64,000 nucleotides of DNA from Tubulanus polymorphus (lineage: Eukaryota > Animalia > Nemertea). The notes beneath the pieces were generated by a model, which worked only from the letters and a program-made list of their open reading frames with translations, searched no databases and was not told where the DNA came from. Below are positions 1-11,037 of the stretch, in pieces (the first letter of the stretch is position 1; every line of letters begins with the position of its first letter). The DNA is taken from NCBI RefSeq assembly GCF_964204645.1, contig NC_134029.1, forward strand, positions 22,314,950-22,378,949, written 5' to 3'. Both the position numbers and the translations under genes were made by a program.

Positions 1-300
1 TATTTTTTTTAAACACGCATCAAATATTGTTTCAAATAATGGAAAAACTGTTTCTCTAAATGATCGTACTTCGTCTGTGCCGATGATTGCGTCGAATGTG
101 GGAGGGCCCCAGCGACAATCACTTCACCGGCACCGAAACAACATCAATCATTCGCATCATCGTCGTTATCGTCATTATCATCACCAAGTCGAGGTCAGTC
201 GCATCGTCATCACAAACGTCATAAGAAATCCAACGCGCAGGCAGTTACAGGAAAAATGAGATCATTGGACAGTCAATAAAATAAACACATCCCCGAAATA
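1..300. repeat. Duplicated intergenic block of the peptide-gene array (homologous to ~5440-5730)
   Basis: Shared sequence such as aaaaactgtttctctaaatga...tcttcgtctgtgccgatgattg...caccggcaccgaaacaaca...agttacaggaaaaatgagatcattggacagtc occurs at both places. Indels shift the frame between the two copies. Confidence 0.85.
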
Positions 301-517
301 GACGGTTAGATATGGTGGCTGATTAGGGCCAAAAATTCCGTGCAATATACCATGCAAAAAATATATATTGCTTCGTTTCTGCGTCCGTTTCAGCGTGGCG
401 CAAAAACGAAATTTACCGCGCTAAAACGCACCAAAACGGGCGCTGAAACGAATGTTCGTTTCTGCGTTCGTTTTGGCGCGTTTCGACCAATAATTGATCA
501 AATTCTGACATTTGAAA

Positions 518-1616
518 TAGAATTTTCATGTTCTCTACGCGTCATCTGGGATAACGAAATCGATCCAAAATACTGAGGCCATTCAGAGTTCACGTGTTAC
601 TAGTGATTTAGAGACTTTCTTTCAAATTCATGTGACTCGTGTAAATAAATACTCTTATTCAAAATATCGCCTAAAAATGCTTTCTTTCTCATATTTTCGT
701 GGACACGACTTTTGTCTAGTTAAGTACAAACTAGACGGTTAGACACATCGACCAATCATTGATCAAATTCGGACATTTTACTATTTCCAGGCTAACTGTG
801 ACCGGACGACACAGTCTCCAGAACGCTTTGTTTTTGCGCGGTGTGGCGCCACGTCACAGGTGTTTGACCTACTTATCCCCTTACTGTCTAAATGGCAATG
901 TATAAAGCTTATACGGCTTGTATGTATGCTTAGTCCTGGCAACCCCAGGGACTTGTTTTTGTTCGAGCTCGCTGGCGGGTGTATGAATAAAATCTATGTA
1001 GGTCACGAAAGTCATTATCGGTGAATTGAGGTCAAGTTGTGTAAACAAAGTAGGGCAAAATTGAAAGCTTTATAAATAGACACAGCGGCTGGTATACGGT
1101 GTCTATACATGACGCAGTGGATATAATGAAGATATATAGAGAGAATATGAAGCTGCAGTTAGGGGTAGGGGTACCCGAATGACCCGAAAGTAGGTCAATT
1201 TTTTGTTGTTGACATTTTGGGGGCCCCTAACGACCCCAGAATAGCTAGATCATCAGAAACAAGCTGAATCATCATATTTTAGTGTAGGGAAGCGTATTAG
1301 ACCGTCTAGAAGTTTGAGAACTAGAATTTTTTTTCGAAATAAAGTTAGCAAAATCTCAGGATCTGGTTTTTAGGGAAGTCGCATGGAAAGAGTTTTAAGT
1401 AGAATGTTCATGTTCTCTACGCGTCATCTGGGATAACGAAATCGATCTAAAATACTGAGACCATTCAGAGTTCACGTGTTATCACTGATTTAGAGACTTT
1501 CTTTCAAATTCACGTGACTCTAGTAAATGAATAATCACTCATAAAAATATCGCCTATAAGAATGCTTTTTTCTTCCTATGTTTTTCATCAACACGGTTAT
1601 TGTCTAGTTTAGTACA
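518..1616 (+). repeat. ~210-bp direct repeat pair (518-728 and 1400-1616) flanking ~670 bp; probable transposon remnant or local duplication
   Basis: The string ttcatgttctctacgcgtcatctgggataacgaaatcgat...ccattcagagttcacgtgtta...gatttagagactttctttcaaattca is present twice. Confidence 0.75.
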
Positions 1617-2103
1617 GCTGCAATACACCCCCAGCCCTGATTATCTTTAAGGACGTATTTTGATAATTCTCTCTCCATTCTAAAAGTTAAAACCTTTTTA
1701 CATATCTATTAGATCTGCGTTCCAGACTTTTGCAAAAAATATTGGTATGTCCCGAATCAGCAACCATACTAGACACCTAATGAAGGGTGCAAAAATGGGA
1801 TTAGCATTAAAGAATCCCTGGAAAATGATCGATCGAACGTTTCATTGCTGACAGATAAAAATCTTTAGAAAATGTCAAAAGTTTCCCGCAGATTTATATC
1901 CACCAAGTATTTATGGTTATGTAACTGCCAAACCACCCTTTGTTGAGGTTTCGGACTAAGAAGTAAATAATATCAACATATTCTTATTTCAAAAAGAAAT
2001 ACATGACATGATTTACTGTCCATTTGAATATGTAGTTTAATTGATGACTCTCTTTATTAAGATTTTATGCATTTTTGACTGAATGGTGAATATTTTGCTC
2101 AAT

Positions 2104-2239
2104 GGGTTTTTTCGATCTGGAAAACCCACATTCCTTCGAGAGGAAAACTGTATAAAACTAGCGAAAATCCGAATATTTTCATAAACAACTGAGATTCCTG
2201 AAGAAGAGGTCGCAAGAAAAATTCAACACTTCAACAAAT
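2104..2239 (+). promoter_or_regulatory. Promoter and non-coding exon 1 of peptide gene copy 1
   Basis: GGAAAACCC at 2119-2127, TATAAAA at 2151-2157 and a donor GT at 2240. The same arrangement precedes the other three copies. Confidence 0.7.
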
Positions 2240-2325
2240 GTAAATAACAAACTGTCAATTTTATTCTAGTTTTATGAATTTGTTCTATAGATTCATTTTT
2301 TCCTATTTCTTTCTAGGTGAAGAAT

Positions 2326-3116
2326 ATGCGTTCTTTAGTTTTATTGTCTCTGGTTTGTTTGGTAGTGGCACTGTACTCCGTTCACGAGGGAGAAGCAGCA
2401 ACCTACCATTTTTATCGTTATTGTAGAGTTCGCTGCTACTACATCCGTTCAACTAACAGCTGGAGATGTTATATCATCTGCTGGACTGTTGTCGTCAAAC
2501 ACGACCACAAACGAGACGTTTCTGAAGTAGCCGCCGTAAGTTCTTTCTTACTATCAGTCTTATCGTCATCATTTTTAATTTTAAAACGAAAATGATAAGA
2601 CACTGGTTGTATTTCAAAAAAAAATTATTTGGTGTAATTAACGTTTCATAGGAAGCAAATAAGACACGAACCGAACACAAAGTATCGATTCCGAACAACT
2701 TCGATTTCTTCGATATAGACGAAGATGAAAAGATATCTATGGAAGAATTTGCCGCTGGAATGAATTTGGATGACGATGATGCTAAATTCCTCATACACCA
2801 AGCCGACAATAATGGTAAGTTACGCATAGTAATGTTGGCTAATCTACACTTGCAATGTGTGTAATAATGCTCCTTAATTTGAACTAAATACAGATTAGAT
2901 ATACCGTATATCTCCTACATTGCAGAGGACTCATTTGTTGACAGGGAAGAATTCAAACACGCTCCCTGGCCATTCCAGGAAAAGAATGATGGTAAGTGAA
3001 AATTACTGTAAATTGTCGGTTATCCTTCAACTTACATCAAATCTGTATCTTCGTATCTTTATTCAAAATCTCTTTTCGTATTTTCAGTTGAATCGTGTGA
3101 CTGCAAGAAACCATAA
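2326..3116 (+). CDS. Secreted precursor, copy 1 (155 aa): signal peptide, 4-Cys cationic peptide, KR, acidic EF-hand pair pro-domain
   Basis: Coding exons 2326-2535, 2652-2814, 2926-2991 and 3088-3116 splice in frame with GT-AG introns. Product: MRSLVLLSLVCLVVALYSVHEGEA|ATYHFYRYCRVRCYYIRSTNSWRCYIICWTVVVKHDH|KR|DVSEVAAEANKT...DIDEDEKISMEE...DNNEDSFVDREE..APWPF...ESCDCKKP*. Confidence 0.88.
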
Positions 3117-4060
3117 TCGACTGAAACATTGACAAATCGCTCTCACTAGACTTGCACATACCTACGTAGATTACTACAACCGTCCGATTTATTTATATAT
3201 GACATTTTCACTAATTTACTGATTCTATCGTGTTTCGTGTATTTCCGTAGTTCTTTCAGTGATTCTTTATTACCGATGAAGTAAATAATTAATCATTGTT
3301 ATCATTATTACACTTTTTGTAACAAATAATAGATCTGATGATACGTATTCGTTTTTAACAAAGAAGTATATTTTCATAGAAAAAGATAAGTATACAAAAT
3401 ACCGCATAATAAACTATAAAACATAGATGGATGAAAAGACGTTCTTTAGTTTCTACGATTTTTATCATGCGTTCAAATAGTGGTTTTTTATGGGTAATTC
3501 AACGTACGATGGAACTGGGGAACGAGGAAAAGGGCACAAAAGATTTGAATAGGATTCGTATGATTCCTGGAAAATCAAACGTGTTATTGCTAAGAGATAA
3601 ACATCTTCAGAATTCAGATAGTTATCCAGGTCCAGTAGATTTTTATGTTTGTTATACTGCCAAACGATCCGCGGGTTGGACGAAAGAAAGCCACTTAGGA
3701 AGTTTTATTCAGTTATATCAAAAGAAACATTTTTTAAGGAATCTGACATGATTTATTGTCCCTGCGAATAAGTGGTTTGATTGGTGACTCTCTTTATTAA
3801 GAATCTATTCATTTTTTGCTGAATGGTGCATTTTTTGGGGTTTTTTCGATCTGGAAAATCCACATTCCTTCAAGAGAAAAGCTGTATAAAATAGCGAAAA
3901 TCCGAAAACTTTCATAAACAAACTAAGATTCCTGACGAAAAAGTTACAAGATAATTCAACACTTCAACAAATGTAAGAACCAAACTGTCAATACGATTTT
4001 CTTCTAGTTTTCGGAATTTGTTCTATGGATTTATTTTTTTCTATTTCTTTCTAGCTGAAG

Positions 4061-4845
4061 ATGCGTTCTTTAGTTTTATTGTCTCTGGTTTGTTTGGTAG
4101 TGGCACTGTACTCCGTTCACGAGGGAGAAGCAGGAACCTACCATTTTTATCGTCGTTATTGCAGAATTCGCTGCTATTACTCCCGTTCAACTAACAGCTG
4201 GAAATGTTATATCACCTGCTGGAGGGATGTATTCGTCAAACACAACCACAAACGAGACGTTTCTGCAGTAAGCGCCGTAAGTTTTTATCTTATTCTTCGA
4301 TATCATCAGTTTTATCGTAATCATTTTTCATTATCAAACGGAAAAGATAAGACACCGACTGCATTTCACACTGGTTTAATTGACTTTTCATAGGAAGCGA
4401 ATGAAACACGCACCGAACACAAAGTATCGATTCCGAATAATTTCGATTACTTCGATATAGACGAAGATGAAAAGATATCTATGGAAGAATTTGCCGCTGG
4501 AATGAGTTTGGATGACGATGATGCCAAATTCCTCATACACCAGGCCGACAAAAATGGTAAGTTACGCGAAGGAATGTTGGCTAACGTACTCTTACAATGT
4601 GTGTGATAATGAACTAAATACAGATTAATTTACTGTATATCTCCTACATTGCAGAGGATTCATTCATCGACAGGGAAGAATTCAAAAACGCTCCCTGGCC
4701 ATTCCAGGAAAAGAATGATGGTAAGTGAAAACTACTGCGAATTGTCGGTTATGTTCAAACTCCGAGCAGATCTTTATCCTCGTAATTTCATGTAAAATCT
4801 CTTTTCGTATTTTCAGTTGAATCGTGTGACTGCAAGAAACCATAA
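4061..4845 (+). CDS. Secreted precursor, copy 2 (157 aa): 4-Cys cationic peptide + EF-hand pro-domain
   Basis: Exons 4061-4276, 4394-4556, 4655-4720 and 4817-4845. Predicted mature region GTYHFYRRYCRIRCYYSRSTNSWKCYITCWRDVFVKHNH-KR. TATAAAA at 3885 and GGAAAATCC at 3853. Confidence 0.88.
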
Positions 4846-6257
4846 CCGACTGAAACATTGACAAATCGCTCTCACTAGACTAGCACATACCTACGTAGAT
4901 TACTACAACCGTCCAATTTATTCATATATGATTTTTTTCACTAATTTACTGATTCTATCGTGTTCCATGATTTTCCGTAATTCTTTCTGTGATTCTTTAT
5001 TGATGACGAAGAAAAATCTTAATTATTTTAATCATTATTACACTCTTTGTAACAATCAATAGATCTGATGATATTTATTCGTTTTTAACGTGCAATATGT
5101 AATTTTCATAGAAAAAGATCAGCATGTAAAATACCGCATAATAAACTATAACACATAGATAGATTGAAAAAATGTGTTTCAATTTCTTATTAAGTATTAA
5201 GTGTATCCTATTACACATTCCAATAGTGGTTTGCTGAGGCTTATATTTCATCGTACGATGGAACTGATGGAGATCGAGGAAAAGGCACAATCCCACTTTA
5301 TGCCAACTTCATGAAACATGCAGTCATCCCGAACTCAGCGTCGACTGCCACTACAAATATTACACAAACAAGCGCAGTCAGAAAAACATATTAGACGATC
5401 TAGTTTATCCGTATTGATAACTGAAGAGCGTTATTCAAAAAACACACCGAAAATTGATTCAAACAATGAAAAAACTGTTTCTCTAAATGAACGTTCTTCG
5501 TCTGTGCCGATGATTGGCGCGTCAAATGTGGGAGGGCTCCAGCAATCATCGTTTTCACCGGCACCGAAACAACACCAATCATTCGCATCATCATCGTTAT
5601 CGTCGTTCATTATCACCAACTAGTCAAGGTCAGTCACTTCTGCATCACAAACGTCATAAGAAACTCAACGCGCAGACAGTTACAGGAAAAATGAGATCAT
5701 TGGACAGTCTATACAATGAACACATCCCTGACGAATGCCTATAAGAATATGTTTTTCATTCTTATTTTTTTCGTCAACACGACTACAGTCTAATTTAGTA
5801 TAGTATGTATAACAAGTAGATTTAATATCTATGTGTACGTAACTGCCAAACCACCCTTTGTTTGAGGTGAAAGTATGCCATTTCGGACTTAGAAGTGTAT
5901 CCACTTTTTTCTATTTCAAAAGAAAAACTTTTAAACCTGACCTGATTTACTGTCCTTTTGAATACGTAGTTTGATTGATGACTCTTTATTAAAGATCTAT
6001 GCGTCTTTTGCTGAATGGTGCATATTTTGCTAAGTGGAATAGTGAAGTAGTGGTTTTCTACACGGAAACCCTCATTTTTTAGAAGAAACCGCATAAAAGT
6101 AGCGAAAATCCGAATATTTTTATAAACAACTGAGATTCCTGAAGAATAGGTTGCAAGAAATTTCGACACTTCGACAAATGTAAGTAACAAACTCTCAATG
6201 TCCATTCTCTTTTCGTTTTATGAATTTGTTTTATGAACTTATTTTTTCTAGCTTAAG

Positions 6258-7975
6258 ATGCGTTATTTAGTGTTATCGGCTCTGGTTTGTTAGGCGGTGA
6301 CACTTTACTGCATTCAGCCAGGAGAAGCAAGAACATACCATTGTAAACGTTATTGTAGAGTTCGCTGCGTTAACAACCATGCAGCTAACAACCAAACATC
6401 TACGCGCAATGGTGACTGGAAAGTTGCCTCTTGACATCAGTCTCATTAAAAGCTACCAAAAACCTAATCGTGACAATGTAAATAAAACCCGATCAAGACT
6501 GTATATATGTAAGTGTACAAACATGTATTCAATATTCACTTCTTACTGACGGTCTATCAATACGCATAGCACTGTCCGTTTGATTGCGATACATTCACGG
6601 ACCTAACTCACTGTATATTAGAAACACATAACTGCTCCCAGTGTAAAACTTATACCTTTAGGCAAATTCAGTACCAGATGTGAAGTACCAACTGCGCACC
6701 CCTTGACGGAGAAACCCATCCTCATTGGAGCTGCACCGTCGATGTCATACAACTACACTTCGGATACCCCAGGGCCATACTCTCATCTGGAAAATTTGCG
6801 TTTCGAAATGTGCTTTCTTCCTATCTAGTCAACACGCGGGATGATCAACTTAGAGGACTTCTACATCAACATCTACCCGAGAAAAAAAACCACAATAAAC
6901 TATCTGACTATTTACACGTAGAAAACGACCAAAAAAATATAAAAATGGATAAAATGATCTTGTAATATAGCTATTTCCAGAATCTCATTGTATTAAATCA
7001 GGCAGCCAGAAAAATTCATCCCAATCAGTCGCTTGCCGGTTCAGACTGAATGGAAGATTGTTTGGATGAACCGGAACCGAATTTCCAATTATGTACTTCG
7101 ATTTTAAAATATTCTGTTAACTCGACCGCCGATCAGACAACTATATCTGTACTTCGATTTCCGATTTCAAAATCAAACCCCCTGTTTCGCTCCCGGCAGG
7201 TGTTGTGGGTCTGTAAGGGACACTCAATCGAAAAATCAAACAAAATTTACCAGCCAAATAAATAAATAATGGGGACAATCCCTATTTTAAGATCAAAACA
7301 ACCAAACAACTGGCAACCAAACAACTAACAAACCAACTGGCGGGTGGACTTGTGGTATCCGCTGCTATATCGCTTGCTACGGACGCAGGCGAAAACGAGA
7401 TGTTTCTGACGTAGCCGCTGTGAGTTCTTTTTTCAGATTTTATGATATCATCATCAGTGTTATCTGAATCATTTTCAATTTTGAAACGAAAGTGATAAGA
7501 GACTGACTTATAGGAACCCGATACAACCACACGGCACCAAGAACACAATGTAGCGATTCCGAATGATTTCGACAGCTTCGATATAGACGAAGATGAAAAG
7601 ATATCTATGGAAGAATTTGCCGCTGGAATGAGTTTGGATGACGATGATGCAAGATTCTTCATACACCAGGCCGACAATAATGGTAAGTTACGCGTATTAT
7701 GTTGGCTAATCTACTCTTGCGATGTGTGTGATAATGCTCTTTAAGTTGAACTAATTATAGATTAGTTAACTGTATATCTCCTACATTGCAGACGACTCAT
7801 TTGTTGACAGGGAAGAATTCAAACACGCTCCCTGGCCATTCCAGGAAAAGAATGATGGTAAGTGAAAAACTACTGCGAATTGTCTAACTTGTATAATATC
7901 TTTATCCTCGTTATTTCATGTAAAATCTCATTTTATATTTTCACAGTTGAATCGTGTGACTGCAAGAAACCATAA
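6258..7975 (+). pseudogene. Copy 3 of the peptide/EF-hand precursor; disabled
   Basis: ATG at 6258, premature TAG at 6291-6293 in the signal peptide, and a ~900-bp insertion (6399-7296) inside the peptide exon. The TATA box reads CATAAAA (6092). Downstream exons 7514-7682, 7792-7857 and 7947-7975 are still intact. Confidence 0.85.
6399..7296. mobile_element. 898-bp insertion flanked by a 12-bp direct repeat (AACAACCAAACA)
   Basis: The repeat lies at 6387-6398 and 7297-7308. Removing the insert plus one repeat restores the peptide reading frame. No TIR or poly-A tail seen, so the element class is unknown. Confidence 0.65.
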
Positions 7976-9633
7976 CCGACTGAAACATGACAAATCGCTC
8001 TCACTAGACTAGCACATACCTACGTAGATTACTGCAACCGTCCAATTTATCTATATATGACATTTTTACTAATTTACTAATTCTATCGTGTTCCATGTAT
8101 TTCTGTTATTCCTTATTGATGATGAAATAGAATATTGTTGTCGTCATAACACTTTTTGTAACAAATAATAGATCTGATGAGAATTTCATTCGCTATTATC
8201 GTAAAAAGAAAAAGATCAGTATGAGAAAGATCAGTATACAAAACACCTCATAATAAAACCATAAAGGAATCGAAAAAATATCTTTTACAAGGTACTACGA
8301 TTCATACAACACGTTCCAATCTTGGAGTAATCATTTCATCGTTTTTTCGGTGCCGTGCCCGGCGGGCTTTGCCCGGTGGTAGTGGATCGAACACACAGTG
8401 GTATAACGTCGTTTTATGCAGAGGACGTTACTCAGTTTTTATGTCAAGTAAACCAAATTGGAATAAATTGAATTAAGGAAGACAAACAGTCAAGGTTCTC
8501 TATGTCATGAAGATGTGTGGGTTACATAAAATCGTCTTCAAATTCAAATAGCAGTCATCATCGTCATTGGATGATGAATTTTCTCAGTGTTCTAGAATTC
8601 TACGTGATCTTTGTAGACGTACGGCTACGTTGCACAAGAGTTTCTATGGAACTTCGTAATAGCCACTTTCTCTTCCCGCTAAGAGAAACCTCTGAAAGAG
8701 TCGAGAAGAAAACACAATATCCGTGTTTGGCGAATAAACGCGAGATATCCCACAATAAATACAAATGGGAAATTTGAAACAGTATTCCTATCCCATCTGT
8801 GATGTCTGGCTAAGAAAATGCCGCGATCATTCTGAATTCACATCTTTTCAGTGATTTTGGAGATTTCATTTCAAATTCTTGATTCATATAAATCTAGTTA
8901 TAAATTGCATTCATTAGTTCGCCTATATTCACCTATACGATTGATCTTCGTATTTGTCTTTCCGGTTCTTACGTTAACATCATAGCTATACAGCCTAGTA
9001 TATTAGGTCTACCTAAGCGATCTGTGCCAAGATTATCATGATAACTTAAATCGAAAAGTTCCAAATAACTTGATAATATTGTTTTTCGTTCTAAAGGGTG
9101 TACGTAACTTTTTAAACACATTTTTAAAATCTACATTGCAAGAATTCATCTAAATGCGTAAATAGAATTGAAAATTCCCCCGAAAATAATCGACCATGTC
9201 AGTACTTGAAAGGATATTCAGAAATTTCAGACAATTCTCGCAGATATACAAGAAATGTTGATGTTTGTCGTACTGCCATACGACCCGCGCATAATATTTT
9301 CACGAGTGCTCTGCAAACTTCCCTACAGTTTTTTCGAGTGGGGGAAAGTACTTCACGTCGAACTTTGAATAACTTCTCAAGCACCCATGCATTCTTGTTG
9401 AATGAAAATTTCTAATCAGGGAAAACCCATATCCGTGATGAAAACGTATAAAAGTCGAGAAAATCCGAATTTCTCTCATAAACAAGAGACTTTTCTGAGG
9501 AATAGGTTGCTAGAATCATCAACTCTATATTAACATATTCATCAGAACTATAAGGTTAGTTACAACTCTCAAGTAGACATAGCAGCCAAATGCATTCCAA
9601 CATGTAATTTGTTTGCTTTTCTTCTAGCCGAAG

Positions 9634-10561
9634 ATGCGGTCTTTTCTGATATTGGCACTGGTTTGTTTGGTGACTCTCTGTTACGTTCAGCAGGGAGAAG
9701 CGAGATTCCGTTGTCGGCGTTATTGTCGATTTCGCTGCTACTACAGATTTGGATCAGGCTACCGATGTGGTGTATTTTGCTCCTTCAGATGCTCATTCCG
9801 CGGCAAACGCGACGTTTCGTCAGAAGGCGCGGTAAGTTTTATTTTTATTCTACTTGAGGCCCAACGTGATCTTGTACGTATATACTTCAAATTCAATGTA
9901 TTTCTTAAACGCATTAAAAGAGAATTTTCAGCGTTGATATCAACGTTTTGTAGGCAGCGGCAGCCAATGCAACAAAAGCAAAACACGAAGTAGAGATTCC
10001 GAATAATTTCGATTTCTTCGATATTAACGAAGATGGAAAGATATCATTGGATGAATTTGCTGCAGCGTTGGATATGGATGATGAAGACGCCAAATTCCTG
10101 ATGCATCAAGCCGACAAAAACGGTAAGTTGCATTCAAAACTCGAGAGGACGTAGTCACTTTTTAAAAGTATTCACAAGCGATCCATTTGAAAAAGAAATC
10201 TAAACATGAAATGCTATCATAATTTCAAAATTTACATTTTCTAAACTTTTTGGTGCTGTGTAGGCCTACAGCCCGAATGAATCATTTTATGAAGAATATG
10301 AACTCAGTTTTTATATGCTTTAATGCAGAGGACTCATTTGTTGACAAGGAAGAATTCAAAGCGGCGCCTTGGCCATTCCAGAAGAAAAACGATGGTATGT
10401 ATGATTCGATTTCATGTTGGAAGTTATCTAGCATATAAGAATATTCATTTGCTTAATTCTAGAATATGTTATATAAGTATCTTAATGCAAAATATCTTCC
10501 TTTATTTCCAGTTGAAAATTGTGACTGCAAGACACCAGATCCAAAACCGAAGAAAAATTAA
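9634..10561 (+). CDS. Secreted precursor, copy 4 (160 aa): 6-Cys Arg/Phe-rich peptide with GKR amidation signal + EF-hand pro-domain
   Basis: Exons 9634-9831, 9954-10122, 10329-10394 and 10512-10561. MRSFLILALVCLVTLCYVQQGEA|RFRCRRYCRFRCYYRFGSGYRCGVFCSFRCSFR|GKR. EF loops DINEDGKISLDE and DKNEDSFVDKEE. GGGAAAACCC at 9419 and TATAAAA at 9447. Confidence 0.9.
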
Positions 10562-11037
10562 ATTATCAATCACTGTAGATAACTCAATGTCAATTTCCTA
10601 GATAATGGCAACCGTCCAATTTCATGCTCTTGATATGACGCTTTATATGTCGATTTGTAAGAAACAGTTCATATTCATATATGAGATTATAGATTTTTTT
10701 TTTGCTTTTTATGTAAAATAATATTTCCTATAGAAGAGAGTGATCTGTAAAATGCCATGAAATAAACTTTTACAACCTAGATGTGTATATAAATCTGATT
10801 CGTTCTCAAATGTCTATTCTAACCGTTCTTGTGGTAACTGAGGAGTGAGGAAAATTCACCACAAACCGTCTTTGTGCCGCGCCTTCGCGGTATAACTGAC
10901 AGAATGTGGTTGTATGCTAAAATCATATTTCTCGATGAGAATTCCAAATAATCACGAATGTCTAAATGAGAGAGATACTAACGCTGATGATGTTAGTGGC
11001 TGGAACAGACACAGCGGTAACGTCGTACGCTAGCGGA

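Noticed and set aside
77-259. His/Arg-rich ORF (with 5514-5744 and the antisense acidic ORF 5431-5619) as an extra peptide gene
   Set aside because: No ATG start or signal peptide, and the two homologous blocks do not keep the same reading frame. The composition comes from CAT/CGT micro-repeats.
2495-2827. Minus-strand ORFs 2495-2827 and 7282-7677 repeated across copies
   Set aside because: They are antisense shadows of the conserved EF-hand exon. Splice signals and the signal peptide support the plus strand.
2652-2991. Calmodulin or ordinary cytosolic EF-hand gene
   Set aside because: Only two EF loops are present, spliced downstream of a signal peptide and a convertase site.
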